DNA of 64,000 nucleotides from the human T2T-CHM13v2.0 reference genome, Homo sapiens: NCBI RefSeq assembly GCF_009914755.1, contig NC_060940.1; one strand, 5' to 3'. Shown piece by piece: positions 1 to 25,682 of this stretch (position 1 is its first letter; each line of letters starts with the position of its first letter). The notes under the pieces were generated by a model. It saw only the letters and a program-made list of their open reading frames with translations, ran no database searches and was not told where the DNA came from. The position numbers and the translations under genes were made by a program.

Positions 1-59
1 TGTTGGGATTACAGGCTTTGGAGCTTCTTGAAGGAGGTAGCACCTAAAGAAATAATTTT

Positions 60-241
60 CCACCAGGTGCAGTGGCTCACACCTGTAATCCCAGCATTTT
101 TGGGAGGCTGAGGTGGGCTGATCACTTCAGGGCAGGAGTTTGAGACCAGCCTGGTCAACATGGTGACAGAGGTTGCAGTGAGCTGAGATCATACCACTGC
201 ACTCCAGCCTGGGCGACAGTGAGACCATCTCAAAAAAAAAA
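60..241 (+). repeat. Alu SINE, internally deleted.
   Basis: gcagtggctcacacctgtaatccc ... A-tail. Confidence 0.8.
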
Positions 242-445
242 AGAAATAATTTTCCAGGTTAAAAAAAAAAAGAGGTTAGTAGGAGTCTTTCAAGCAGTTG
301 GGGTTGCATGAACAAAGGCAAAGAGCAGTCTTCGCAGAGCCAGTGTGAGCATCTGTGTGTATTTAGGGCAGGGAGAAGCAGTTTAGCAGCTGGAGTCTAC
401 AGGCAAGGTAAGAGGGGACTCAAGAGACTTTATGTGCCTTGTTTA

Positions 446-870
<425 letters not shown>

Positions 871-897
871 GAAAAGAAAGAAAGAAATAGTAGGAGG

Positions 898-1030
898 AGC
901 TGGGTGCGGTGGCTCATACCTGTAATCCCAGCACTTTGGGAGGCCAAGGCTGGTGGATCATGAGGTCAGGAGTTCAAGATCAGCCTGGCCAACATAGTGA
1001 AACCTTGTCTTAACTAAAAATACAAACGTT
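898..1030 (+). repeat. Alu left-monomer fragment.
   Basis: gctgggtgcggtggctcatacctgtaatcc. Confidence 0.7.
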
Positions 1031-1033
1031 AGG

Positions 1034-1500
<467 letters not shown>

Positions 1501-1584
1501 AAATTAAGCACTTACTATGTGCCAGCACTGCTCGAGGGGCTGGGGTGTTGCAGTGAACGAAACAGAGTTCCTGCTATCAAGAGG

Positions 1585-1760
1585 TTTAAAAAATTAGCCG
1601 GGTATGGTGGTGCACAGCTGTGGTCCCAGCTACTCGGGAGGCTGAGGTGGGAGGATCATTGGAGCCCAGGTTGAGGCTGCAGGAAGATATGATTACACCA
1701 CTGCACTCTAGCCTGGCTGACAGAGGGAGACCTGTCTCGAGAAAAATAAAAAAGACATGA
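1585..1760 (+). repeat. Alu partial.
   Basis: attagccgggtatggtggtgcacagctg... Confidence 0.7.
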
Positions 1761-2199
1761 GCCTTGGGTCTAAAGAGTGAAAAGGCTCTGTCTCTTTTAT
1801 GGAGCTCTTCCTAACAGTCAGTTTGGAAGATGAGCCCACCCCTCTTTGATGCTCTTGGCTTCTCATGCCTCCCCCTTTTTGTCCCTAGAACATGCCTCAA
1901 AACTACTCTTTTGCCACTCGTTAACCACTTCCGTTTGTGGGGACCTCCTGGTCATGAGCAGCATCATCCCGAAGCCTTCAAAGTGTTCTGGATTCATCAC
2001 AGGACCCTCCAGCCTCAGCCAGCAAGGATACCACCAGGAATGAAAGTGCTTTAATAAAGAGACAGGGTGTGCATTGCTCATGTGTGGTTTCTCTGGGGTA
2101 GAGAAGCAGGACGGGGGGGCTTTTATTTTTTTTTCTAGATGTGGGTGCTGGATGTGGGCATACGATTGGAGTGTTTAGTCTTTAAAAAAATTTTTTTGT

Positions 2200-2600
<401 letters not shown>

Positions 2601-2924
2601 TGTTGACACAGATGAGCTCATGGGTCCAAATCCAGCCTCCTGGCCACACGCCAGCACCTTAAGGTCTAGGTCTGTGGCATCTGGCAGGACTCCTCTTGCT
2701 TCTGAGGAGCCACCTCTGCCACCACCATTGGGGATGGGGACACTGAGCTATGGCCTTGCCCCTCTGAGCTTTGGGCTTCATGCCTGTGAGAACATATCAC
2801 ACTCATTACTAGCCAGAAAGCAGTGCAGTAGGCTTTGCAGTAGGCTAAATTCATTTTAGCATATAGCATTTGCATTGCTAAATGCAAACTGCACAAAGTT
2901 TGGCCATTTATTGGAGCCTCCTGT

Positions 2925-3030
2925 GGAAGTCAATTCTCATCTCTGAGCCTTAGTTTCCTTATCTGAAAAAATGGATTAATAAATGATCCCTGTCCCGTAG
3001 GGTCCTTTAGAGAGTTAAAAGACATAATTG
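2925..3030 (+). repeat. MIR-like fragment.
   Basis: tctctgagccttagtttccttatctgaaaaaatggattaataaatga. Confidence 0.4.
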
Positions 3031-3034
3031 AGTC

Positions 3035-3322
3035 AGGCATGGTGGCTCATGCCTGTAATCCCAGAGACACACCGGACAGTATGGCGGGAGGATCGCTTGA
3101 GGACAGGAGTTCAAGACCAGTTTGGGTAACAGAGTGAACCCCCACCCCTAAAAAGGTAAACAAGTTAGCCAGGTGTGGTGGAGCACATCTGTAGTCCCAG
3201 CTGCTCAGGAGGCTAAGGCTGGAGGATCACTTGAGCCCAGGAGGTTGAGGCTGCAGTGAACTATGATGGTGCCACTGTACTCCAGCCTACACTACAGAGA
3301 CACCGTCTCTAAAGAAAAAAAC
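3035..3322 (+). repeat. Alu SINE.
   Basis: Alu consensus. Confidence 0.85.
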
Positions 3323-3325
3323 ATA

Positions 3326-3685
<360 letters not shown>

Positions 3686-3756
3686 TCACATTCTCCTAAA
3701 AGTCCACCCCTTTCTGAATATTTCAGCATCCTTTCAAGTATCCTAAAAATGTTTAA

Positions 3757-4072
<316 letters not shown>

Positions 4073-4093
4073 TTAAATATAAAATTTTAATTA

Positions 4094-4376
4094 GGCCAGG
4101 CAAGGTGGCTCACACCTGTAATCCCAGCACTTTGGGAGGCCCAGGCAGGCAGATCACCTGAGGTCAGGAGTTCGAGACCAGCCTGGCCAACGTGGCAAAA
4201 CCCGGTCTCTACTAAAAATACAAAAATTAACCAGGCATGGGTGCCTGTAATCCTAGCTACTCGAAAGGCTGAGGCAGGAGAATGGCTTGAACCCAGGAGG
4301 TGGAGGTTGCAGTGAGCCAAGATCACGCCATTGTACTGCAGCCTGAGTGACAAGAGTGAAAAAAAAAAAAAAAAAA
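4094..4376 (+). repeat. Alu SINE.
   Basis: Alu consensus with A-tail. Confidence 0.9.
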
Positions 4377-4562
4377 GATAAAGTGGAAAAGGACACCCCC
4401 AAGGATATAAAACAAGTTCAAATTGGTAGATGGGTCACAGCAGATACGCCTAAAATACTAAAAAGATTGGGGGGGGGGGAAGAAATGGTGTACTTGAATG
4501 GATACAAAAATTCTCCAAAGGGGGTGAATTTTAGGCAAACTGGTCATAAGACAAATTGAAAA

Positions 4563-4852
<290 letters not shown>

Positions 4853-5209
4853 AGAAATTGAAAGCTGTTTGCCTCCTGCCCAGCAGCGAGAGAAGACGGG
4901 TGGCTCCTGTCAGTTCTCTCCCATCTGGAAGAGGCCCACAATGTCAAGGAAGGCCTGGTGGAGAGGTCACTGCGTCCTGGAGTGAGGCTGGTCGCAGGGA
5001 GGCCTTCACAGAGGCTGAGCCTAAAGCCAGGCTTTTTTACCTCAGGCCAGGCCCCCGGACACTGCCCTCTGCCCACTTTCGCATTTCCTTTTTTTTTTTT
5101 TTTTTCAAATTGTTCCCCTTTCCCCAGCCCTCTCTCCAGAGAAGTGGTCCAGTGCTCGGTGACCACCTCCCCACACTCCACCGGCCCAATTACAAGTGGT
5201 GATTTTCTG

Positions 5210-5215
5210 TTTATT
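5210..5215 (-). terminator. SEZ6L2: Candidate SEZ6L2 poly(A) signal: AATAAA on the minus strand, about 515 nt after the stop.
   Basis: The plus strand reads tttatt. Everything below ~4850 is Alu-saturated intergenic DNA. An alternative signal near 5556 is possible. Confidence 0.4.
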
Positions 5216-5729
5216 GCTCAAAAACAAGAATTCAGAAGCAAAGGTGGAGAGACTGTGGGTTGGGGAGATGGCAGGAAGGGGGCAAGGCCTTGTCCCAGCT
5301 CTCCCCTTTGTCCTTCTTCTGACCCTCCTGGCCGGAGTCAGGCCTAGGGCCAGGGCATCTGGGAGGGGGGCACCTTCGTGGCCAAGGGAACAGTAGAGCT
5401 ATCGGGGGCAGTCCTTGAGGGGTGCCCTGGGCAGGAGGGGCTGCAAGATTTGCAGGGAGGCAGAGTTCCCCTCCCAGAATCCAAAAGCCGGTAGGGCGGG
5501 GGGCAGGCCCCTCGTTTGGCAACTGAGAAGAGGCGGCTTTGGGCGGCAGGATGCTGGTTTATTTACTGTAGGATCTCCAGGGCCATCAAAGCCCCCTCGT
5601 GGGATAGGGAGACTATTTACACAGCCAGGGAGGAGGGCAGCCAGGAGGCAGAGACCGGGTCCCGTATTTCCCTCTGCCCGAATGAGGAGGGGAGGGGCGT
5701 CCTGGGTCCTGCAGCTGTAGTCTTGGGGT

Positions 5730-5759
5730 TCAGATGGAAACTTCATACTCCCGCGTATC
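5730..5759 (-). CDS. SEZ6L2: SEZ6L2 terminal coding segment: DTREYEVSI, then stop TGA at 5730-5732.
   Basis: Acceptor CTTCAG|GATACG. The 3'UTR continues to lower coordinates. Confidence 0.85.
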   Translation of the reverse strand, partial: DTREYEVSI

Positions 5760-6163
5760 CTGAAGACAGAGAGATCAGGTCAGTTGTTGGAGTCTGATAG
5801 GGGTGGAAGAGGCAGCCGAATGGGAGGAGGGGCAACGATCCTGGGTTTTAAAGTAACATTGACCTCTAGGGGCTGGGGGGCCAGTGAATGTGTTTGGTTC
5901 ATCCTACGGTGTCGTAAAATGACACAAAAATCTGAATTTCTGGCTTGTCTTGAATAATTGGAAGATCTGCCAATTGTGCCTCAGTTTCGACTATGGGGTA
6001 GAGCCGTATTCTTGAGATGGGGCACAAGTCCTCCACTTAGCCACAGTCCTCACCACTCCCTATTGTATACACATGGCTTGCTATGCTCATTGACATGGCC
6101 TCTGGGGGCAGCTGAGTTTGAAATTCCCAAGACAGAGATTCCAGAGACCTTGCGAGAAGGTTA

Positions 6164-6340
<177 letters not shown>

Positions 6341-6438
6341 TTATCAACAGGTAAGCCCCTGAGCTCCCCTGACCCAGGCTCCAGTGCCAGGCTCGCAAGA
6401 CGTCTGCCCTGGCCGGCAGTCCCCAAGCAGGCTACTTA

Positions 6439-6645
<207 letters not shown>

Positions 6646-6735
6646 TCATCCCTCCAAGGCCTGGCCTCCTGCCCCAGCCTCTGCCTTGCCCTCCCAACCT
6701 GGCCAGCCTGGGTCTCCACCTGTGCTCTCACTGAC

Positions 6736-6774
6736 CTTCCAGTTTTCGGTTGTCCAGGAGCTCCTCATAGGCAA
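6736..6774 (-). CDS. SEZ6L2: SEZ6L2 exon 15: a 39-nt frame-preserving cassette exon encoding VAYEELLDNRKLE.
   Basis: Acceptor CTGCAG|TT, donor GAAG|GTCAGT. Phase 1/1. Its inclusion accounts for the 923 vs 910 aa products. Confidence 0.75.
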
Positions 6775-7202
6775 CTGCAGGGAGAGGAGGGGGAGGGGAT
6801 GGGGTCTGAGCCAGGGAGGGGAGGAGGCTGGGAGGGGCCGGGAGCCCGGTGGGGCTGGGCTGGACAGCCTGGTTCTCTCTGCCCTCTGCTCAACCTCAAC
6901 TTTCTCCCTTTGTGGGGAAGAGAGAGGAGTGACCAGCACAGGGCCTTTGTCCTCTTTCTCCAGACCCCTAAAAAGTCAGGGTTCCTGGACAGTCTGAGCC
7001 AAACTAGAACTTGTCAGCGATAGGGAAACTGAGGCCTATTCAGAGCAAGGGACTTCCAAGCCAAGGCCCCCTCTACTACACCCCTGAGCCAATCCCATGA
7101 CCTCACACGACCCAGGGCTTCTGGACACACCCGTGAGGACACGAGGCCACAGGAGGAGAACCGGGAGCTCTGTGGGGTCGCCCATTGGTCTCAAATGTGC
7201 TA

Positions 7203-7496
<294 letters not shown>

Positions 7497-7533
7497 CTAC
7501 TGTGCACGGGGCAGACGGGCTCTCCCAGGGCTA

Positions 7534-8012
<479 letters not shown>

Positions 8013-8577
8013 AAAAGAAAATCTCCCAGAAGCTTAGGGCTGGGAGAGGCCTGAGCCTCAGGCTGTTTCCTCTGAACACCTCTGCACACACACGCACTTC
8101 CCACCAATTCCTCAGAAGGAAGAGAGCATGAATTGGAAAAACTTAAAATGCAGTGCGTCTATTTTCAGGCCAGAATGACAGGCTTAATTTTTTTCAAAAT
8201 TCAACGTATGTTATATTTCAGGCTTCGTTTAGTAAACAGTTTGCTTGGGGAAACCCCAAGCCCCTATCCTGGGGTGAAATTCAAAATATTTAACCACCAT
8301 ACCAGAGCATACTAGCCAAATCCCAGCAGGGTGAGCCCAACATGGCTTGTAGTCTGTGGAACAGCAGCTGCCCTCTTTAGAGGGGGCCCAGCTCTCCTGT
8401 CCCCAGTATTCTCATTATGCCCAGCCCAGTTCACTCACATACACTCCCTGCCTTCAGGCGTTTGAGTTTACAACCCTGTTGTGAAGGAATCATAATCATA
8501 GCCATTTCTTGTATATAAGCCTGAGCTACGTACCCTGCTAAATGTTTTACAAACAAATATAATTCTTTGTGTGTGTG

Positions 8578-8908
<331 letters not shown>

Positions 8909-8917
8909 TAATTCTTT

Positions 8918-9218
<301 letters not shown>

Positions 9219-9625
9219 TAATCCTGATTATCCTGAGAGGCCAATGTCACTGTCATCTCCCTTGGAGCCCAGGGCTCAGGGCGGTCAAAGGACTTGGCCC
9301 ATGGTCATTCAGCCAGGGAGTGGCAGAGCCGGAATCTGCCCAGGGTCACAGCCATGGAGCACTGGACAGGGACTCAGATATGTGGGTCCTGGCACACCTT
9401 CAGGCTCAATCTGCTGCCTTGGGCAGGTTCCCTCCTGAGCCCGAGGCAGCGGGGCCAGCCGAACTCTCAGCCCCATCCAGGCCTGATATCCTGTGAATCC
9501 TTCCAGGGGCGGGAAGCTTTGTCCAGCCCAAATCTGGCTACCTGAAGCTTCTCCCCTTGGTCCCACCATTGCTTCCAGATGCCACATGGAACTACAGCCC
9601 CATGTCCTTGGGGCTGGCTTCCTAA

Positions 9626-9950
<325 letters not shown>

Positions 9951-10124
9951 CTTTCTGCTCTTCTAAAAGATACACACTCCCAGCTCCTTTAAATGTCACC
10001 TCCTCTGTGAAATCTCCTGCCCCAGCCCTGAGAAAATTAGCCCACTGCTCTCCCCACAGCACTTCGCCACGCCCAGGGCAGCATGCGCCCTGTGAACTTT
10101 CCATCTGCTCTTCACAACCTCAGT

Positions 10125-10200
10125 CCTACTTCGCCGATGGGGAAACCAAGCCTCAGAAATGCTAAGTGCCTCGCCCAAAGTCACCCAGTGATCACCACCC
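10125..10200 (-). repeat. MIR fragment, in reverse orientation.
   Basis: gatggggaaaccaagcctcagaaatgctaagtgcctcgcccaaagtcacccag. Confidence 0.45.
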
Positions 10201-10492
10201 TGCGTATCCCTCCCAGACTGCGAGCTCCATAAGAGTATGGAGGGGCTTGAACCCCCTTCGCCTAACCCCAACCCAGCACGGGGCTTCAATGATGGCATTC
10301 AAATAAACCAAGTGCTCTGACAAGCCTTGGTCCTAGCAAAGTGGCTCCCTACAATTTCAACTGATAGGACTGCGGGATTGGGGCGGGGCGTAGGACAGGA
10401 AGGTGGAGCCAAGTGTGGACCCGGGGAGCCCAGTGGGAACCTGGTCGGAGCCCTTTTAGGGGCCAAACTCAGATGCCGCAGAGGAGGGGTCA

Positions 10493-11243
<751 letters not shown>

Positions 11244-11292
11244 CCTCCCGGGATCTCTGGCCTGCCCGACCCCTGCCCATCCCGGGACTCTA

Positions 11293-11580
<288 letters not shown>

Positions 11581-12285
11581 TCATTGGTAGCCCCTCCTAC
11601 TCTCCAGCCCCGCCCATATTCTCCTATCCCAGGTCTGGCGCCGCCTCCGTTTTGACCAACCATGGTTTCTCCTATGCTAGTGCCTCAGGGTTCCCCTATT
11701 CTATGGCTCCTCCCATGTCCTACTACCCAATCCCTAAGCTTGCACATTACTAACTCCGCCCACTGTCCACTCCCTCCTCCATCACCATGAGATCCACAGC
11801 CTAGCCCAACTCCAGCTCTGGCCAATCACAGACCAAATTCGCTAACGCCCTACACAACTCTAGGCCCCGCCTGAGTACCTGCTTTGAAGCCACGCCCACT
11901 TCAGCTTCTGTGCCATCTCATGACACTCTCATACCAATTCAGCTCACTGGATTCTCCCCAGACCTCCCCAACTTGCTGGTGTTAACGCAACAGTTTGGGT
12001 CTGTGTCCGTGGAAATAGCTCCAGGGGAAGCCTCAGAAACCTCCAAAGAGTGAGAGGCACCAGGCCAGAGCCCCTTGTTCACAGTGGCCCCTAAGGAAGG
12101 CTGCATTGCCCTATTTATTTGTCCGAGGTTGCCTGGCTAATATGTGATTTGAGCCCAGCTCTCTCACGTCTATCCTGTACCCTTAGTGCACCAGCCTATC
12201 CACCGAATTCTGGATAGATACGCAAGAGCCAGACAGGCTCAGAATGCAGGCTACTGCATTGGCATACCACACTTTGCTGAGCCTA

Positions 12286-12507
<222 letters not shown>

Positions 12508-12629
12508 TCATTTCTCCACAGTCCTCACCACTCGTGATGCGTGCACCACATCACCTCGCTTGTTTCCTATTACCTATGATCCACCTGTTTCTTTTATTCT
12601 TTTATTTTATTTATTTATTTATTTTTAAA

Positions 12630-13557
<928 letters not shown>

Positions 13558-13849
13558 ATGATCTACCTGTTTCTTGCCGCATCTAGGTCCTGTTGTGTTC
13601 AATATCCAGTCCTGCTCTTAACAAACCCTGCCCACTCTCCAGCCTGCCCAATCTGTGACTTAACCCAACAGCAGTTCTCGCTCTTGAAGACATTTGGGTT
13701 TGTGACCCCTGCATTCAGTAACAAGCCCAGCAGTTATTCAGCTAAGAAAACAGCCTCTGAAGGGACAGGGATTTACCCAAGGCTTGGGTGGATGAAGTCT
13801 GGATGTGCAGCCTTCCTTTCTGAACGGCCTTGCTGGGATCCCCAGTTCA

Positions 13850-14128
<279 letters not shown>

Positions 14129-14132
14129 TTAG

Positions 14133-14652
<520 letters not shown>

Positions 14653-14788
14653 CAATTTTTGTATTCTTAGTAGAGACAGGGGTTTCACCATGTCGGCTAG
14701 GCTGGTCTTGAACTCCTGGCCTCGAGTGATCTGCCTGCCTCAGCCTCCCAAAATGCTGGGATTACAGACATGAGTCACTGCGCCCAGC
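14653..14788 (-). repeat. Alu partial, reverse.
   Basis: Alu left-arm reverse consensus. Confidence 0.7.
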
Positions 14789-14799
14789 CTGGGTTTTTT

Positions 14800-15105
<306 letters not shown>

Positions 15106-15239
15106 TTGGTGGGTTTTTAAAAACTGAATGCCACTGGGTTTAGCATTCACTCTCCAGACTGTCAAAAAAAGTTCTAACACTCCTCATTCACATATTTATA
15201 TTGCCTCCCTGGCCTCTGGAGGGAAGCCACTGAGCTAGC

Positions 15240-15350
15240 CAAATCCCAGCCACCATTCTACAGAGCGGAGGTCCATAGACCAAAAAGCCACTTGCTCAAG
15301 GTCACACAAAAGACAATGGCAAAAGCAGGTCTCAAACCCAGATGGTTTGA
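15240..15350 (-). repeat. MIR fragment, in reverse orientation.
   Basis: attctacagagcggaggtcc...gccacttgctcaaggtcacacaaa. Confidence 0.45.
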
Positions 15351-15620
15351 TTCCCAGCCACAGATACTTGGCTCTGGAAACAGCAGAGATAGCGGGTAAG
15401 GGGAGGGGTGCCTTCAGAGAACTGGCTGGTGTAGGTGTATTGTCTCCTCAGAAATAACAGTTGGATTCTGATCATCCATGCTGTTGCTGAAACCCAAAAT
15501 TTCAGCTAATGCAAAAACTACTCAGTTTTTACTTCAAGTCAGCAAAAGTGAACATTTGTAGAGCATTTGAGTTTCTGCCCACCTGATCGGATCTTAGCTG
15601 CAAAACTCCCTGTAAGTTAA

Positions 15621-15962
<342 letters not shown>

Positions 15963-16013
15963 CTTTTTTTTTTTTTTTTGAGATTTTTAATTTTATTTTA
16001 ATATTTTATTTTT

Positions 16014-16302
16014 TTATTTTTTGAGACTGAGTCTCGCTCTGTCGCCCAGGCTGGAGTGCAGTGGCATGATCTCACTTCACTGCAAACTCGGCTTCCCAGG
16101 TTCAAGCCATTCTCATGTCTCAGCCTCCTGAGTAGCTGGGATTACAGGCACGTACTACCACACCTGGCTAATTTCTGTGTTTTTAGTAGAAATGGGGCTT
16201 TGCCATGTTGCCTAGGCTGGTTTCAAACTCCTGGGCTCAAGTGATCCACCTGCCTCAGCCTCCCAAAATGCGGAGATTACAGGCATGAGCCACTGTGCCC
16301 GG
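16014..16302 (-). repeat. Alu SINE, reverse.
   Basis: Alu reverse consensus. Confidence 0.9.
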
Positions 16303-16329
16303 GTTATTTTATTTATTTTTAAAAATGAG

Positions 16330-16933
<604 letters not shown>

Positions 16934-17351
16934 TGAAGAATCTTAAACTCATAGAATAGCAGTGGCCTACAACTCTGGAGTCAGGACTCACAACTTGCTA
17001 TTTTCGGTAAAAGATCTGTGCTGTTTGCACTTTAACACTCCCAGAATCTATCCCGCAATTCATTTTTGCAGATCCACTGTTCTATTTCACTGTTACTTAA
17101 CCTGCAAGGTATCATGTCCAAATCCTACCCATCCATCACAGCCGAGTGCCAATTCCATTTCTCCCATGATTCATATCAAACACTAGACCCTCCTATCTCT
17201 AAGCATTTCATCTTTTTGGTCTCTCTCTTGCTACTGTTTATACAACTCCTCTGTTTCAGCCACAATGAAATTCTGTTTCCCAGACATACCAGGCATTTCC
17301 CTACTTGCTGTTTCTCAAAGTTCCTCTCTTTCCTTTTCTTTTCTTTTCTTC

Positions 17352-17652
17352 TTTTTTTTTGACAGGGTCTTGCTCTGTTGCCCAGGCTGGAGCACAGTGG
17401 TGCAATCATAGCTCACTGCAACCTCTGGGGTTCAAGTGGGGTTCAAGTGATCCTCCCACCTCAACCTTCCATGTAGCTGGGACTAGAGGTGTGTGCCACC
17501 ACACCTGGATAATTATTACTTTTTTTTAATTTGTAGACACAGGATCTCACTATGTTGCTCAGACTGGTTCTCAAACTCCTGGCCTCAAACAATCATCCCA
17601 CCTTGGCCTCCCAAAGTACTGGGATTAGAGACACGAGTCACCACAACTGGCC
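17352..17652 (-). repeat. Alu SINE, reverse.
   Basis: Alu reverse consensus. Confidence 0.85.
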
Positions 17653-17687
17653 TCAATCTTCCTCTTTTAAAATATCCTCTGTTGGCT

Positions 17688-17990
17688 GGGCAGGGTGGCT
17701 CACGCCTGTAATCCTAGCACTTTGAGAGGCCGAGGTGGGAGGATCACTTCAGCTCAGTAGTTGGAGACCAGCCTGGGCAACATAGTGAGATGCTGTCTCT
17801 ACAAAAAATGTAAAAATTACCCAGGCATGGTGCCGAACGCTTGTGGTCCCAGCTACTAGGGAGGCTGAGGCAGGAGGATCACTTGAGCCCAGGAGGTTGA
17901 GGTTGCAGTGAACCATGATCGGGCCACCGCACTACGGCCTGGGCGACAAAGCAAGACCTATTTCAATAATAATAATAATAATAATAAAAT
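17688..17990 (+). repeat. Alu SINE with a (TAA)n tail.
   Basis: Alu consensus. Confidence 0.9.
17966..17988. repeat. (TAA)n microsatellite.
   Basis: aataataataataataataataa. Confidence 0.85.
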
Positions 17991-18334
17991 ACCCTCTATC
18001 CTTTAAGGCCAAGGTCAAATGCCTCTTCCTCCATGATCACTTCCTTGTTTCTACCCCTTCACATTCATTCCTCTTCTTCTGGTAACGGCATCCCAATTTT
18101 AATTTTGGGACGCAGGCCTTCCCCACTCCCAGTCCACTAGGTTAAGTTGGAGCCCACCAGGGAAGGCCACGTGAGGCAGATTAGCCAATCCCAATACTCC
18201 CTTCTCCTAGCTCAGTGATTGGCTCAGGCTAAGGCCAACCAGGATCTTAGTCAGGTCAATGAACGCCTCTCCTGGCATTTTTGCTGAGCTCTCAGGAAAT
18301 ATATGAGTGTTCTCTCTGATGAGGTTACTCGGTT

Positions 18335-19381
<1,047 letters not shown>

Positions 19382-19610
19382 CTATGTACCTGGATCCAGA
19401 CATTCATGAAGCTTAAACAGAGAAGGCTGCCTGGGGGAAGGAGAAGGGGTCCCTAGAAGAGATCCTTGCAGTTTTGGGGCAGGGAAGCGAGTCACGTTTC
19501 AAGGAACCCAGCACGGAGATGAACAGGCATAGAGTTTGTGCTTCCGACTATGCTTGGTGTCAGGAAGAGGGGAAGGTGTGGCGGTTGGGGTCCTGTGGGG
19601 GAGTGGGTCA

Positions 19611-19808
<198 letters not shown>

Positions 19809-19949
19809 TCAATCTCCCTCACAAGCTGCCTCACCCCTTGCCTGCTTTCCTAACTTATTTTTATAGCTGTTATCATCACACATAACTATATGCCACGCAC
19901 TCTTCTAAGCCCTTACACATTCTATCTCATTTAATTTTCACAAGAACTC

Positions 19950-20060
19950 TTGAGTCAGACACTATTATTATCCTTTATTTTATAGATGAGGATATTAGGG
20001 CATAGAAAGATCAAGTAACCTGTCCAAGGTCACAGAGCAAGTAGTGGCAGGGCTGAGATA
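19950..20060 (-). repeat. MIR fragment, in reverse orientation.
   Basis: ttttatagatgaggatatt...caagtaacctgtccaaggtcacagagc. Confidence 0.5.
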
Positions 20061-20112
20061 CCAAGTTGCTAGGTAAAGGATGATAATGATGATGAAGATA
20101 GCAGATGCTTGA

Positions 20113-20895
<783 letters not shown>

Positions 20896-20912
20896 CACAG
20901 CTACACTTCCTA

Positions 20913-21236
<324 letters not shown>

Positions 21237-21255
21237 GCTTAGGACTAAGCTGTGA

Positions 21256-21640
<385 letters not shown>

Positions 21641-21676
21641 AAGGTGGGGACTTCTGACCCAAGACCCAGACCCTTA

Positions 21677-21868
<192 letters not shown>

Positions 21869-22464
21869 TTAAGGCCAGCCTGAGGTGAACTGTCCTTCTC
21901 CTCGGGGCCTCGGCCCGTTTTCAGAACTGTTGCATTCACACATTTGGCTGGGACCCGGCCCAGGGCTGGCCTCTGTCCCATGGAGTCACTCCAGAGGATG
22001 GGACCTTCTCCAGGCATGAGCCAGGAAAGAAACCAGCCCCGGTACGGGAGAACCCCAGGATTGACACCTCCTAGGATGGAGACACCACTAAAATGAAGAC
22101 TCTCCAACTGCGGATACTCTAGGATGGGGAGTTACAAGGATCCCTAAAATTCAAAGCCTCAGCTGGGAAATCTTCAGGACAGGACTTTCAGAGTGAAGAC
22201 ACCACGGGATGGGAATCCCAGTAAGAGGCTCTCTAGGATAGAAGCCCTCTGGACATGAACCCTAAAAATGGCTTCCTCTAGGATGAGGACGCTACCCCAG
22301 AAGGGACCTCCAGAATGGTGACTCCCAAAATAAAATCTCCAGTGGGACACCCCGAGATGGAGACCACCCAAGGATGGAGAAACCCCAAGGAGAGAGACCC
22401 TCCGCACAAAGAGCTCTGGCTGCAGACCCCAGGATGGGGACTCCTCAGGGTAAACACCCCTTCA

Positions 22465-22974
<510 letters not shown>

Positions 22975-23191
22975 TCACCCTCGTTGGCCCCCATTTTATA
23001 GATGAGGTATCTGAGGTTCAAACAAGTTATTCTGGACCCCGCTACTCATTTGTTGTGTGACTTCAGGCAAATCAATGAACTACTCTGAACTTCATCCAGC
23101 TGTAATAACAGATAGTATTTGCAGAGCTTGTTCAGCTCCCAAAGTGAGTCCACACAGAGATTTTGAGGTCAGCAGACAAAGATTATGTGAC

Positions 23192-23480
<289 letters not shown>

Positions 23481-23645
23481 AAAGATTATGTGACCTGTTT
23501 TGCAGGTGTGAACACTGAGGCTCCAAGTTATTAAATGTCTCTTTTGATTTTTCTTCCCTCCACACACACAGCCTTTCTTCCACCAAGGTGCCCTGTGGTA
23601 TACCCTCAGCTCCTCAGCTTCCATCCAGAAGAACCACTTGAAACT

Positions 23646-23900
23646 TCTTTTTTTTTTTTTTTTTTTTTTTTTTTTGAGATAGGGTCTCACTGTGTTGCCC
23701 AGGCTGGAGTGCAGTGGTGTGATCATAGCTCACTGGAACCTTGAACTCCTGGCCTCAAGCAATCCTCCTGACCCAGCCTCCCAAGTAGCTGGGACTACAG
23801 GTTTGTGCCACCATGCCCCGCTAATTTTTAAATTTTTTGTAGAGATGACATCTCAGTATGTTGCCCAGGCTGGTCTTGAACTCCTGGCCTCAAGCAAACA
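23646..23900 (-). repeat. Alu SINE, reverse, truncated, with a T28 run.
   Basis: Alu reverse consensus. Confidence 0.8.
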
Positions 23901-23903
23901 TGA

Positions 23904-24175
<272 letters not shown>

Positions 24176-24777
24176 AGACCTCCTGACTTCACTTTCACTG
24201 GGGGATTCATTTACAGGCCACTGAGTATTAAGATCTTTAAAGACAAAATAGTCTTTAAAGGCACAGTGGCTCACGCCTGTAATCCTGGCACTTTGGGAGG
24301 CTGAGGCGGGCGGATCACCTGAGGTCAGGAAAAAGACCCAGGCCTTGTCCTCAGGAGTCCATTGTCTACTGAGATGAACATAAGAACAACCTTCTAGAAC
24401 AAAGTGGTTTCAATAAATGGTAGCTTTGGGAATGGCTGCCCATGCCCAACAGAATCAAGTCTGAATGCTTTAGTTTGACATTCAAGCCCCTTCCATAGTT
24501 AAATGCAGCCCAGCACATTCCAGGTTCAGGGTTGATCTCCCAAGACCGATATAGCCTACACAACACAGTTTTGTGACTCCTTAATTTTCCACCTCCATAT
24601 TTTCGCTTGTGCTCTCCCCCTACTTTCTCATCTTTTAAGAGATCAGACTGGGGGGCTTATGTACCACCTCTTCCAGGAAGCCTTCCTGACTCTACATCTC
24701 TCCAACAGTTACTTGTTCTCTTACCTGTACACAGTCCTGCATGCATGATTTTGTCATCACATTAACCATTGTCTTTT

Positions 24778-25442
<665 letters not shown>

Positions 25443-25451
25443 TAGTCTATG

Positions 25452-25682
<231 letters not shown>

